DNA of 64,000 bases. Origin: Camelus ferus (lineage: Eukaryota). A program made the translations under genes and the position numbers. The stretch lies in NCBI RefSeq assembly GCF_009834535.1, contig NC_045697.1:79672001-79736000 (forward strand), in the 5' to 3' direction. Position 1 is the first letter of the stretch, and the number at the start of each line of letters is the position of its first letter. The notes beneath the pieces were generated by a model that saw nothing but the letters and a program-made list of their open reading frames with translations, made no database searches and had not been told where the DNA came from. Positions 36,356 through 51,167 of the stretch are shown one piece after another.

Positions 36356-39300
36356 TTCTCCTTCTCTTTCCATAAGTCAGTTCACTAATATATCAGCCCT
36401 GAAAAAGCATAGTACCCCCTACAGAGTTAGAATGGCAAAAAAACACTTCCATTAACTTATTTCCTGAACCAAGGAAGAATATTATTTGAACTCCAGTTAT
36501 GCCATTTACTGTCCACGAGAGTAATTAGATAAAGTATTTAAATGGAAGGGATGATGCACCAGGAGCCCAGATGGCTCATATCTAATACACGATTCAGATG
36601 TTAGCATACTACTAAGAACGCCAAACCATTGCACAGGTGGTGGCTTTGTGGCTTCATTTAGTAGAAAATAGTACTCGCTCCCTAGACCAGTAATTCCTGG
36701 TTTTCAACCTCCATTGATTGTTTGATAGATTTAATTTTATTTGACCATTAACTGATATTTACTTCAAACAGAAAGAATAGCAAAATATAAATATAATCCA
36801 GAAGACAAAATCTTCTTAAACTAGAAAGATGCTAGTTTTAGAAGTGAAAAAATTCAGAGAATAAAAAAAAATCTGCTTTTTGTATGTAAATACAAATTAT
36901 ATGTAGATATAGTGTTATAAATAGAGCTTGTCTGCTGGTATGATTATAAGATGGGGTAATATTTTTTGAAAATAATTTGGGAATATATACTAAAAACATG
37001 AAAATGTACATAAGCAAGAAGTCAACTTCTATGAATCAGTCCTAAAGAAATAATCCTAAATATATTTAAAAAAAACCCAAAACCCTGCATGGCCAAATAT
37101 GTTTATAATTGTGAAGAATGTAAATCTTTGGCAAGAGGTATAATTATGCTGACCATGCTCACATTACAGTTATATTAACAAAAACAAGGTAATAAAATGA
37201 ATTTTATGACGATGTAAATAAAAAAGAAGATAGAAATCTTTTTTTTTGATACAAATCATATAAAGATCACTAAAAATAAGCAACAACTTAAGCTATCTAT
37301 GGAAGAAAATGTTCAATATTCTAATAGTAGTTGTGGTCTAAATATTTCATCTTTTTTTAAGTTCAAAAGATCATATTACTTTTATAATAAAGAATATGAA
37401 AAATAAGAAACTGCATTCCTAACCCAGAACTAGGCATCAAATTACTGTAGGCCTAATGACTGTACAAACCATCTTTCACCCCTATCATAATTTAAGATGA
37501 TGCTAAAGGTAAGAATTTTTAACAGTGAAAAGGCCAGAACCTTAGAGATCGCATATTCTAAATTTCCATTTGACATGTAGATGGTAGCAAGGAAGACTGA
37601 AACTCTAGTCTTTTCATTTTTAGTCCAAAATCTTTTAAACTCCAAAACACCTTATTGTAAAAAAACTTTTTTAATGAAAGTGAAGTTATTGTGTACTTGA
37701 TTACATCAGGAATTACCAGTTTACTACATGGCATACAGCCTGATACAATGAGATTCTCATGAATGTTACTTATTGAAGACAAACATATTATACACAGTAA
37801 TATGTTGGGCATAGTAAAACATTAAATATATAATTAACAATATTTATGTTCTAATCTTCGATTAGTAAGATTTGAGAGAGGAGGCAAATGAAAGACCTAT
37901 CTCTTTATTTAGGAAACTTTGTATGGATGTCATCTTGTTCCCTCCATTTTTTTTTTTTTTGCAGCAAGCACAGGCATTTATTAATTTATTCATTCACTTA
38001 ATAGGTACTTATCAATCACCTACTATGTGCCAATTGCTGTACATAGTGCAGGAGAGGAAATGGTTAGCAAAGACATACGAAAACCCTAAAAAAGAATTCC
38101 TTTTTTATTCTTCCCTTCAAAGAGAACTGCTGCATTTTATAAATATGCAGCACCCCTAGATAATCATTGTGGATGATCCCTAAGTCATTACCACCTCGGG
38201 TCTTGATGAAAAACCTAAAATTGACTGACGGGAAAAAAGTGGATAAAGACATTGAGTCCTCTGGATGTTAATTAAATGTAATGGGTAAGGATAGGAAAGT
38301 GGACACTATCTATACTATGTATTATATAATATAGTTCTTTAAAGTGGCCTTTAAAATTTTTCTAAAGTGAACCTGCAGTATTGCTCTTGTCTTAAAGATT
38401 TAATATGTACAACATAAGATCAATTGTGTTTGAGTTGACTGTACTTGAAAAACAAGTAATGATGAATTATTATTAATATATGGAGCCAAGTGCTTGTCCC
38501 TATCCTATGATAGTGATTCTCTTTTTGGGAAAAAGGGGGTTGAAATGCAGAGTGGAATCCTAATTTAACCACTAAAGAAGCAGGTATTTCTGGAGAAAAA
38601 AGCTTCAGTATTTGAAATGTTATTTTCTTAATGAAGCCCTCTCCACTGACATAAGTAAGAGGATGTTCCTTAGGGATTTAAAAAAAGTTATTTTTGAGTC
38701 TCTAATGCTGTTATCATTTGCCTAGTTGAATTGATGCAAAGGTGAAATCTTGGGAACTTCTGAAGTCTTGGGAAGTCTTGGGAACATTGTGAAGATATTA
38801 TGGGACGCACATGCATATAGAGAGGTAGATAGATAATAGTTTGTTCTACTTGAGATAGTCTGTGTCTGTAGTCTAATTGCCTTTTATGACCAGAATTCTT
38901 AACTCAAATGTGTTGATGTGCAGAAATATATATGCATTCAAGTTTTCATGTTTGTAAACAGTACTGCTATTACTGAAAGTGCTGGCAGTGAGATTAAAGA
39001 ATGGAGGTAAAAGAAATACTGACTAATAGACTCTAGAAAGATTGGGAGAGGAATTGTCAAATCCATCTGCCAATACTCTCTGGGTGCATGAGGAATACAT
39101 TATATCAGCCCAATTTGAGAGACCTCTTCTTTGAAATCTGCCTCCAAACTGCCAACAATTACAAATGTTCCTGGAGTCTGGAGGCCAAGGCTTAGACTGA
39201 GTTAATGTTAAGCAGCTGAAATAGCTTGCAACTGAAAAACGAAATGCATAATGGTAGCTCTGATGAGTCTTTCACTGTGTTGGTCTCCTGTGGTGGTACT

Positions 39301-41118
39301 GGCAATAATAATTTATTGAAAATAACCTAGGTGGAGATGGATGTCTTTGTATATCTAAGTCAAACAACTCAGATGAATAATATCATCTGAGAGAAAGACT
39401 TTTGAGAAAAGCATACTGTGGTAATATGAAACTCATCTGTGTCACTAGTATTGGGAGGTGCCACTAGGCTGGAGGACCTACATATATGGTCAGAGAGCCT
39501 CCTTCTGGGCAAGGTTGTCTAAATGGGGTGACCATGAACATAGAGAAATGTATGTAGAGTAGATTCTAAACCAGAGAGGAACAGTGTGAATGTTTGATGT
39601 ATTTTTTAAAAATATTATTGTTATCTTTTGGTATCTCATTTTCAAAACCACTCAAAATGACTGAAAATAGATGAGTTGAGGATTACACCAGATACATAAG
39701 AAGTTTCTATTTTCTAACATAGTTTTTGTGGCTCCCCAATATAATCGCTGTTTGTTTTTTCCTGTCTTTTGTTTGTTTTTTTAAGAATCAGAACCAAAAC
39801 ATCTTTTATTTTAGAAGAATTTGTTATTCCTAAACTTTGGTGCAATCATAATGCCTTAAATTAGATTGTATTTAGCTCAGGAACAGAATTAAATCAACTT
39901 TAAATAAACAAACACTATTATCTTGATAAATTTACTCTTTAAAAAATAAATTAGCAATAATTCTTAACATTAAAATTGAACTCTACCAATGGTTACCTTA
40001 ACTACAGCATTTTAATTCTATTAAGAGTAATTAGTTTTATACATTGGCTTGTCAAGTTTCCTCCCAGGCTCTTCCCCTTTTAACTTTCCCAGCATCCCTA
40101 TGAGGATATCAATGTAGGTATCATTATTCCAATTTTATAGATTAAACCAAGGTTCAGAAAAGTTCATTTTTTTTCCTTAGGGCATAACTTCCAGGTTATT
40201 CTCAGTTTGCCACAATTGCCTTCTCATGAGATGCCTTCATAAATTATCAGATTTGTAAGGTACTTGCAGTACTCAATTTTCGTATCAATCTGTATAGCAC
40301 TGTTATTTTTTTTAAAGGTATACTGTAAATTCTTTAACTTCTGTAAATTACTTAAGTAACTGCTATTATAATGGCGGGCTTAATAGAGACAAACAGGCTA
40401 CAGATAAAATTCCATTGCACAAATGTCACTAGAGAGAAGAGTTCTGTACCAACAGCCATTTCCTTATCTGGGCAGACAGCCCATGGAGTGTCTGATCTAG
40501 CTGCAATGAATTCTGTGTGAAGAAAAACCAGTGCTTTTCCTGGATTCTAAAAGTCAGTGTAACAAAAGCTACAGTGCTTTTGTGTGCTATTTTCAGCGTC
40601 AGTAGGAAAAGGAGAACTGAATTAAGGTATAGTTTTGGAGTATATAACAGTAATAGTTACTTGTTTCCATCTCAAAAAAAATTACTGAACAGAACCCAGA
40701 ACCTGTCTTTACTTCAAAATTACCAAAACAAAGCTATGAACAAAAAAATTCTGAACATAGGTTATAGAAAGGAGACGTATGTGTTTAATCAGTCCCTCAT
40801 TTCTTTAATGGTGTCTAAATACTTTAAAGTGCCTTAGAGCCTAGGCCTTGGCTTACCTGTGGGTACTATAGGTAGAGAGTAAATACCATTTGCTTTTCTG
40901 CAGACTATGACTCCTGTAACCAGAATGAAAGCATGCTGAATTTCCCTTCATGTTTAAGACTGTTAAACCATATGTCAATGGTCAACTTTTTGTTAGCAGT
41001 GTTCTCTCCTTTTTAAATTAATGTAAGGTAATGTGTTAATGATCTTCAGATAAAAAATTGCCAGCGTGGCTAGAAATGACCAGAGCGATTTAAAGAGCTT
41101 TCATTAAGTCAGATAATG

Positions 41119-41289
41119 CAGTGGTTCTCAACTCTGTCTGACCATTATGATGACTTGAGGGCCTTTAAAAAGTACTCATACCTTCTCCACAGATTCTAAT
41201 TTAATTTGTCTGGGATGGGGCCTGGGCCAAGGAATTTTTGTGAAGCTTCCAAAGTACCTCCAATGTGCAGTCAGAGTTAAGAACCACTG
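41119..41289. mobile_element. MER5A-like hAT-Charlie MITE
   Basis: TIRs cagtggttctcaactctg / cagagttaagaaccactg and internal cagattctaatttaatttgtctggg. A second MER5-like relic follows at ~41297-41441. Confidence 0.8.
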
Positions 41290-44200
41290 ATCTAGTCTGT
41301 AGTCCTCAAACTTTGGTTCCCTGTAGATAAAGGGAACTAATTAAGGAAACATGTCTAAGCCCCTCCCCAACGTAATGAATCAGAATCGGTGGGGAGAGGA
41401 CTGCCAGCATCTGGATTCGTAAAAGCCTTTGAGAATCACTGATTTATGGCAAGAGTAGAATGACATGACTCCACTAAACCTTAATTAGACTTTAATTTTA
41501 GTCTGGAGTCACTCTGTGATAGAAAAGGAAATTATTTACTCTGTGAATTTACAGTAGGTTATTGTGAATCGTTTATGTGCTAAATGATTCTCTTTAAACC
41601 CTAGCCTTTTTTCAACCACTGGATAAATATTTCCTGATTTATTTACTTTGTTTTCCATCATTTAACTTTTTTTTTATACTGCTTAATAGTCAGTTACCTA
41701 GGAGAAATATTTAAATAGGTAGTGACGTGTTCTGACTCTGTTGTGCTGGTGATGAGATTGACCTTTCTAAGTGATCTCAAGCTGTATCCTTCTCTGAAAG
41801 CAATATGAAAATGTATTTCGACTTAATTTTCTCTTTCAAGACCGTGTGTTTCCAAGTATATGTTGGTTTTATTGGTTAATGCTCTTAATTTTTAATGATC
41901 TCAACAATACTGAAACCATTTCCACCTTTATGCTGTATGAGGCAAAATCATTCTTTTCTGGGAAATAGATTTCATGCATCTATTATTGCCTTTTAACCTC
42001 TAATAGTCAAAATATCACAGCACCAAAGGTAATTACATCTTGGGTTGAGTGGGTTTTGGTCATTCTTGAAACTACAGAAATAATTTATTAGTTCAAAATT
42101 TTGGTAACTAAAAATAATCCCTGGGCCACAGTAAGAGAGTAGCACTTGGCTTTACAGTGGATGTTCAGAGAACAGAGTTAAATTTCTTTCCCAATTTAAT
42201 CACTCTTTCTCTCCACAATATTTTTCAGTCTCAGTGGGTGCCTCTATAAAATGTAAATAATAAAATATTTGTTAACTTCTTACAGATTTTCTTCAGGGGA
42301 AAACATACCTTAAAAATCCATCACAGAATGTGGAAGCTTAACTGTGTCCTTACAGAATGTGATATTTACAAGAATCAAACAGTTATATTTCAAAATATCT
42401 AACATTACTTTAATACAAAGTGAAAACAAATGACAATATCCACATACTAGCACAATTTCATGTTTTGTGACCCTTTACTGTCTTTGTCACCTTTATTTAT
42501 AGTAGCTAGCTATTTACATCTATTAATGTTGATGTTTTGTAATCACTTCATAATTGTATACAATCTTTCTATACATCATGCTAATAGCTGCATTATATTA
42601 TTATTCAACTATATCCCTGGTGCGGATTCTTATATTATTTACAGTAAGGCATGACATTCAACTTTTACTATCCTTTTGTCCAAATGATATCTTGAATCAC
42701 ATTTGTTAGAATACTCCTGTTATAGCAAACAATGGAATGCTATTTTTTATAATAAGTTACTACCTGATTTTACAAAACCATTCAAATTCATAAAAAGAGT
42801 TTTAATAATACTTTCGGATTAAAAAAGCCCTCAAATTCAATATGTTTAGATAGGATTATACTGTCACATTGTTAAGTATAAAACTTAAAATAATTGAAAT
42901 TTTATAAACATCTTTAATTATAGTAATTTAATTATTTGTATCAACTAAGTTTAAAAATACTTTAGAAAGAAACTATGATGGTATATTTCCATTGCCTCAT
43001 GAATACTTATGCTGTGAAATCAAATTATATCCTAAATTTTTGATTAAATTTATGAAATCTTTTGCTTATTCCTAAAACACTATATGATTCATTAAAAAAT
43101 TAAAGTATACTAAAATAATTTGTTTATGCAATTTGAGTATAACTCTTTTCAAATGTATTTTTTATTATAAAAATTTATTGGTAGATAATTTAGAAAATTA
43201 TTCCCATTAGTCACATTAGTCATATAAATTAGTGTTAATGTTTTATTTTTTCAGTCCTTTTAAAATGTATGTATATATATATACATACACACATACACAC
43301 ATATCGTTTTAAAACTAAATTTGTAATCATGTTGAACATTAACCTTTCAACTTAATTGTATAATGAGAATTTCTTCATGTTTGTAAATAGTCTCAGAAAT
43401 TGCTCTTACCAGTGTTGTGTTTTTTGTTTTTACTATTTCAAGTAATGCTATAGTGAATGTTTTTGTACATAGAGTTGATTTCTAGAGAATTAAAGATGTC
43501 CCATATGTGAGTATCACTGAAAACCACAGCCATACATAAGATGGTAGATATAGAAAACAGCATACTCTACACAAGGCTTTTAAAAATCTATTATATAAAA
43601 CTGTTTTATATATGACTAAAAAATCTTGATCTGTTATGTTTGGTTGACAATGCATAAAGTGTTGTAAAACCTTATTAAAGAAAAGTGTTACTCCTCTGAC
43701 CCTTTCCTCTTGGAATGGCAAAATCTCATTTTCAGCCTGAACAAGCACTGTCAATAAATGTAAGAAAGCTGGATGAGAGCCTTGGGGTCAGCATGTCAGG
43801 GCAAATTGCTGGTTCTGTGGCATAGCAGTTGTTTGGGGATGTTCTTAAGACACATTAAGCAGTTCTGTGTGGTAGGAGAAAATATATTCTCTACAGATAA
43901 TTCGGAAATTTTCTCAGAAATATTCTACAGATGAGTTAGAAATGAAGTAAGTACTTATTAATTTAAAATGCTGAAGTATTATGGTATTGTACTGAGTTCC
44001 AAACAAAGAAGTAAGTGCAATGTAATCTCCACCTTCCAGGAGGGTGCACCTGGCAAGTTTGTGTGCGTGGCCTGCTCTCCCTGGTCAGGTACAAGGGCTG
44101 AAAACCAAGAGTCAAGATTAGACTAATCCAGATCTTTTTTTTTTTCCTTTTTAACAAGTGAATAAAGTGATGCTTAAAGAAGGTAAACAATTCCCCAAGA

Positions 44201-45129
44201 CATATAATTCCAGGCCAGAGCGGAAACCTGTATTTGTGGGCTCCAGTTTGATCACCTTTTCTCTCACCATCATTTAATACAGAGGTTCAGAAGTCTCCTT
44301 CCTTCATTTTACCATCAAAATAGTAGTTTAGGTGATGAAAGTTGCCCATTGTTGAATGGCTTTTGCCTTTTTTTATCTGTGAAAATGGCTACTGAAATGA
44401 TGTATACATTGCCAAAGGTGTAAAAAAATAAAAATGATCAGAGATGAAACCAAAGTTGTAGTAAGTCAGAAGTGTTAATGATTTCATATTACTCTTTTTT
44501 TTAGAAGAGTCAAGCCAGTACATTTTTTATGTTATATTGATTTTTATTTTAGTTAGATCCTTCATTTCTAGCTTGTTAATCACACTCAGACAGATCTTAA
44601 AAGCAGTCTTTGGTGTGGGTGGCAGAAGCAGAGAGATAGCAGCTTGCTTATTTTAATATTTAATCATTTCTCCTCTCAGTTTGAGGTGAACAGACAGAGG
44701 CTTGTGGGTATGTCAAGGAAGATTGTGGAATCCACTGTCTCTCATAAAGGGTAATCTAGCTGAACCATTTTGTCTACCATACAGACATCTTTCCCTAGTA
44801 GTTGATGGTAGATTACTTATGCTTGGATGCAAAAATATATGATTCCTATAGTGATTTTATTTCCTCTTTGGCTTTTCTTTTTAATTCCAGAGAGACTTAT
44901 TTAGTCACAGAATATGTAAATTGTGAAGGCCTTGAACTTCCTTTCAATTGATTATTTATGTGAAGGACTTTCCTATGAATCATTAATTATTATTTAACAT
45001 GAATTATTAGCGGGTTAGTGCGGATCTTGGACTTAGATCTGTATTACTGCACAAGGTTCAAAGAGGCAGTAGTGCTATTGACTAATGGTCAGATGCATTG
45101 ATCCTCTTAGCCACAGATTTTATTTTCAG

Positions 45130-45268
45130 GTGTTAGAGCATTTTGACTGGGATGTTTATCACTTCACCATCAACAGGGCTCATCAGACCGACTGGACAGT
45201 GCTTTCCCTCCCTGAGCTCTCCTATACCATGCCCTTGGCTGATGAGGAGAGCCATCCCGGAATAAAGA
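45130..45268 (+). CDS. Candidate internal coding exon (139 nt) of an unidentified large-intron gene
   Basis: Acceptor ttttattttcag|G and donor AGA|gtgagt. Only the first frame is open: VLEHFDWDVYHFTINRAHQTDWTVLSLPELSYTMPLADEESHPGIK plus 1 nt. Higher GC than flanks and no repeat resemblance. Confidence 0.6.
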
Positions 45269-45451
45269 GTGAGTCTTTGGTTGAGCAATTGCTCATGCAA
45301 CCCTAGGCCAGATTTTTTTCTTCTACTTGTCTCTAGTACATTTATCTGGCCACCGAAATGAAGAACAGAAGGATAAGGATACAGAATTTCTGCAAAGACA
45401 GATTCCCTGTAGAAGCATCTTTTTCTGTTTTTCCTCTTTTCCCACATTGTG

Positions 45452-45689
45452 ACTGCCGTTGCCCATAGCAACTGCCGTTATAACATTAACAGCAATTTTT
45501 ACTATGATGGGAAGGAATCCCAAATGAGAAATTATATGCTTTTTCCATATAGAACACAATCCTTTATTACTTAATTAGCTTAGTATAGGGTTAAAACATT
45601 ACACAATCTGTTCCAGAGAGCTCAATATTTTTACTTACCCTTTAGTTGCTCATTTCCTTACTGATTGTTTACCTTTCCTGATTGTTTAC
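45452..45689. promoter_or_regulatory. RFX X-box flanked by MYB-type sites, with two forkhead motifs nearby
   Basis: GTTGCC-CAT-AGCAAC at 45458-45472. actgccgtt at 45452-45460 and 45471-45479 (YAACGG on the - strand). ctgattgtttac at 45661-45672 and 45678-45689. Confidence 0.5.
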
Positions 45690-46792
45690 ACCATTTAAAG
45701 CTGCTCCTGGATTTCTGGAGAAACAGGCTCCTTTTGTGTCTTGGCCTCAGATCCACCCCCTCAGAAAGGATCTCTTCCTTAATAATTATAGTTTAGAGTT
45801 ATTTAGTTAGCACTTCGTATAGTCCAGGAACTATAGTGGAGGCTCTGCATACATTGTCTGATCTTCACCTTATTCTTGCAAGGGAGGTGTGAACATCCAT
45901 ATTCCACAAATGGGAAAACCAGGCTCTGGGAGGCATTTAACCACGGCTACATAGTTAATAAGTGGTGGTATCTAAATCTTTCAGATTTCAGGCACTGGAG
46001 CTCTTTTCTTGAACCCACAGTGATTTTGTTGGTGAGAACTACTTGTAGCTCTGCTTAGTTTTCAGGCCTGAGAAATGCCCTGAATACTCTTTGCCCTGGA
46101 CATGCAGCATCTCATTTCTCCTGGGGAAGAGTCTACCGTTTCCTGAATATCTAGGGTATAGGTAGCCGATTCTCATCATTTCCCTCTTTGCTTCCAAATC
46201 TCTCTCTTCAATTCTTATCCTTTCATCCTTCTTTTCTGACTTCTCATATCATTGGCCTTGCCCAGGACTTAAGTGTTGAATACTTTATGCTGTTTCCAAA
46301 AGAAGTTTACATTCTGCAAGGGCAAAGCTTAAGGAAAATGAAGGGTAGAGAGGAAAAGAATAGAAGAGTGAACTTGAGGCTGATGTTCTGAAGAGTCAGA
46401 ATATGGACTGAATGGTGTGGAGGAGAAAAGCTCAAGCAAACCTCATCTAAGCAGCTTTTCAAAATATTTTAGGAGATTTTGTACATGAAGTAGTTGTTCC
46501 TACATCTTACCCAGTGTTTGCCCTGTAGAGTGAGCCAATATCCTCTTGTTCTGTCCTAGATGGATATGGTTAGAAGTTATTCAGCAACTTCCTTTTGTAT
46601 TTGATAGTAAGTATTATGTTTCTTCAGAGCTGACTCCTCACATAGTACTTTAATATACTATTTTCATTAGTGATAGGTATAAGAGGGCTAATATCTAACT
46701 CAGAATACTGTTTTTGAGGCAAGCCCCTGTCATATTGTTTTATTTGACAACACTACTAAACTATACATATGATATAAATCACTCTCTATATG

Positions 46793-46795
<3 letters not shown>

Positions 46796-46823
<28 letters not shown>
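46796..46823. repeat. (TCTA)n microsatellite
   Basis: About 7 TCTA units. Confidence 0.9.
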
Positions 46824-49800
46824 AATACAAAAATGGTATATGACATAAATTACATGATTCAGGATAGCTTACAACAAAATACATATAACAAAATGGGAAA
46901 CTATAAATAGAAATTAAAAAATGATTACGTAAAATATGTTACAGTATGATTTTAAAAACAAAAGAACCCTGACTCATGAAAATATAAAATGAATGCATGT
47001 CATAGAGTTCATTCATCTTATTAATTGATAAGGGAACCAGTAAAATGTTAAAAAGTAGTCCAAAGAATATTTGGTTTTTGTTACAATTTATTTTAGATTG
47101 CTAGATTAGATGCAAAATTGGCTACTGTCCAACAGGGCCATAAACCATAACCTTCTGATTCCACTGGACAGACATTATTTACATTTCTACTGAACAAAAT
47201 ATCCACATTTTAACTTCTGTCCCTACAGAGCCACTAAATGAGACTGTCAAGCTCAGTACTGCACTGAAAGCATACCCAGTAATTTCCTGCCTATTTCCAA
47301 GTTTTGGATAATGTTTCTGACAAATAATTCCAAAAATTAGGGTTGAGGATTAAGATCAACGTGGGAAATGGACCATAAGTGCATAGTCTAACTGTAAGTT
47401 CCTGTGTAATGGCTGTTTGAAATTTGCATTTAGTTGTGGGTTTTCTGGTAGCCAAAGTGAATAGAAGATATAAAAGATTATGGTTGGACAAAAGAAATAT
47501 ATCAATTCTTAAGAAAAGACAAGTTTATCCTGAGAAGCTTTATTTTAGGGACCACGGGATGGGGGCTTGGAATTACACATCCCACAATCCTCAAAACAGT
47601 TTTCTAACAAATGCAATAACAGATGTCATAGGGCTATTTTCTTAGAATACCCTGTGATGGAAGCCTCAAACATAACATTAAAATCCACTCAGAGAAAGCA
47701 ATTCCAGTGGGACAGGGATAGGGTGAGAAGGAAGTGGAAACAATAATTATAGTCCAAGAATCCGACTTTAAGATGGCCTACGTGATCCACTTCTAGCAAT
47801 AGTTCTTATCAAAGGGAAGTAGAAGAATCACCCAAGGTTCAGTGGGCCCTTTTCACAATTGTGCCAAGAGCAATGTGAAATTTAAGGGGGAAGAGTTCTG
47901 CCAGGGCAGGAACAATGAGGTGATATTGAAAACATAGCATGGTGCCTGGCATGAATTAAGTGTTCAATAAACTGTAGCTGCTAGTATCATCATTATAATT
48001 ATTACACTTATTATAAAATAAACTTTTATATGCTTCTTAGATATGCAAGTGGAGATGTCAGGTGGGCTGACTGAAGTTCAGAGGGGAGAAGGGGCCTAGT
48101 GATGAACGTTTGAGAGTTGTCAGTGTATAGGTGTTATTCCAAGCTAAGGGTGGGTCTGGATGGGAAGGGTTAATGTGTGGTAGTGGCCTTGGCAGTAGGA
48201 CAAGCACAAATAGTGAGTGTGGGAGTGATAGTAATCAAACAGTATTCCACAAATATAATCTCCTAAATAAAATTTCCATATGAAGAGAACAACAGAGAAT
48301 TGAGGTTATTTTCTCTAGAATGCATGTTCACCATGTTTTTATTTTTAAAATCAAATGAGCAAATGTGGTTTGAGTTTCACAAAACTTTAACAAAGAGGTG
48401 TGGTAGGAGATTTTTATCCCCATTTATAGTTTATAAATTATAAAAAAGCAAAGTGATGTGCTCAAGATTTAAATATATTTATATGTAAACATATATCTTA
48501 TATAGTTATAATAATACATTACTGAATACATATTACATAGTTATGTATGATGGCAGAATTAAGTCTTGACCTCAGAGCTTCTGACAAGCTCAGCACTTTT
48601 CTGTCTTATCTTTCCTCCCCTCACTGTGTTTGTTTGTACTCTCCTTGCTGAGTTTTGATGTTTTGCTTTTGAGAAGGATCCAATTATACATGGTCACAGA
48701 GAGCTGATTAGTATTTTCTCAGATGCTAATCACTGCCTTCCTTCCAACCTGGCTTCCTATGCAGACTTAATAAGCATGCTCCTTGTGCCATCATTTAGGA
48801 TGCTGACTGATATTAACTAATGCAGATGCAGGACCACTTCTGGCCATTGTTCCTTCAGGATAAATTGTCACACTTTGAGTGATGGGTTGTGTGATGTAGG
48901 TGGTTCTCCATTAGGGGACTGGATTAAAATGAGAAACTTATTCCTTACTGGCCACTGTGCTGTCGTTAGGGGTCAGTCACTGTCCATCTGACTGAGTAGA
49001 TAACAGATTCATTATAATCTTAGGAAGGCCTCCCACTACTCATATCACCAGCTACCAGACTTGAAAAAGCAAGTCATTAAAAGGTATAATGATTAAAGCA
49101 ATGCCTCGTACTGACCTTGTCGCTTGATTCTCTGAGACATAAAAATTGTTTGCAACATCAGTCAGCTTTTGATTTGTGATGTCTTTGAAAAGTAATTCAA
49201 ATCACGTATTGGAAAGAGGCCAGTAGACCCATCTGCTGAGTTTGTCTTTCTAAATTGAGTGCAGTGCGTAGTGCTGGGGGAAATGACATACCTCTCTTAT
49301 GCATATTTTCATGAACCTTGTCAGTCTCTAGAGAACCCACCCATGCACTGTTAAATTGTGTCATTTGTGGGAACATAATGACAAGGGCCTAAATTGGAAA
49401 GCAATGTAGATTTAGCAAGAAAACGTTTTTCGCTCAAAGGGGACCCTGCTAATTTCCTGTGTCCAATATAAAGAACCAGAGGAATCAAATGAACAACAGA
49501 AAATACTAATCTAAACGGCCTACTTTCTCTTGTTACTAAATTAAGATACTGCCTGATATTTTATATAGATCATCACACAGAGTGAAATGAAATTGTAAAT
49601 GTTTGTGAAAAGAGGGCAAATAAAATGAAAGGAAGGAAAGAGGACATAGATGATCCTGGCCTAGTCCTGTTCCTCCGTCTATCTCCCCACCATGAATAAA
49701 CAATAGCAATGAAGGCTGGAATTTATTAAGTGCTGTCTATGCAGCAGGTTCTATTCAGCAGGGACTACATATGGATTATCTCATTAATCCTTGGGGTAAT

Positions 49801-51167
49801 TTTGTTATTTCACTTTATAGATGAGGACAGTGAAATTTACAGAGATCAGCAAATTGGTCTAGTTTCATTTCCTTGGTTAGTTTTCTATAAAGAACTCACA
49901 TTCTCCATAGAAATGTCTTCTCTGTTTCTTCTCTCCAATTTTGCTCCAGTCTGGCTTTGGCAAAAGTAGAAAAAAGAAGAAAAGAAGTGAGCATAGGTAT
50001 GGTCCATTCCTATTCGAAAGTGGAGAAGCAGTGTTCTCAAAAGAAAAGAGGAAATAACATAGGAAGGAACTTTCAGTTTATTTGGTTCAAAATTTTCATT
50101 TTCAGATGGCTTAACTATAGTCAAGATAATAGAGTAAAACATTTAGTTAGAAGTAAACCTCGATTAGAAACTAATGTTACTCATTCCCTATTGAGTACTC
50201 TTCATATATCACATTGCTTTTCTTCACTTCAAACCCAGAAAGTGCCCCCCACTCCAACCCCAAGAAAAATCTAAGTTAGATGAGGTTATTTATCTAACAT
50301 TGTCTTTCTGTAAAGGAATGTACTGCTCAGGGGCTTCCATTTAGCTGCCTGTACAAGATGAGTATATTCCATTGATGTTTATGATCACTTAGCAGGAATC
50401 GTAATTTTCCTAAGTTCATGATGATTATTTTTTATAATTTTTTTCTTGCTAGAGTGAATTTGAAGTTGCCATTGCTCCTTCAAATAAAATGATGTGTTTA
50501 TAGTTTTCAGACTGCCAAGTATAGCTGAAGTAAATATAAACTTGAAAGGAAAAAAAAAAAACTTATTGGACCCTAAAAAAACATTTTGGAGAATGTACAC
50601 AACTTTAAATGATTTTTCATTGTTTGATGTATTCCATAATACAGAAAAAATGAGTTTAATAAAATGGGAGGAAATAAAAGTAAGGGCTGACAGTTTTATC
50701 TAATATGACCTATGAGTTGAAAGCCAACATCATCAACCACTCTAATTTTCATTCCTTCTATAAACAATATATAGCAGAATTGGGAGCAAATAAACTCCCT
50801 TTACCATTCTCCACTCCCTTTTTCCCCCCACACAAATGCCTTCCTTTACGTTGACAATAATAAGGAAGCATGGTTCAAGGTGGTTCCTTTATATTGTGAT
50901 AATCAGATATTTCATTTAAATTAACAACCATAAGATTACAGCACTGACTACTTTTTAGAGAATTCTCTAAAAGTGATAAATGGGTACCATCTATGGGTAC
51001 AGCTGGATATGACCAATCTGCATCTGGTGTTAATCTTTAGTTTTTTCATTATGCAGAAAGCCTCAGATGCCTAAGTGGTTCCCATCTTACATTTAATTGA
51101 TGTTTCTCAATTTGAAAATGATATGCTGACACATGCTTCTGACATTTCTTCATTTCATTTCTTGCAG

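Noticed and set aside
38748..38786. Repeated tcttgggaa motif
   Set aside because: Three short copies are consistent with local micro-duplication; nothing else suggests function.
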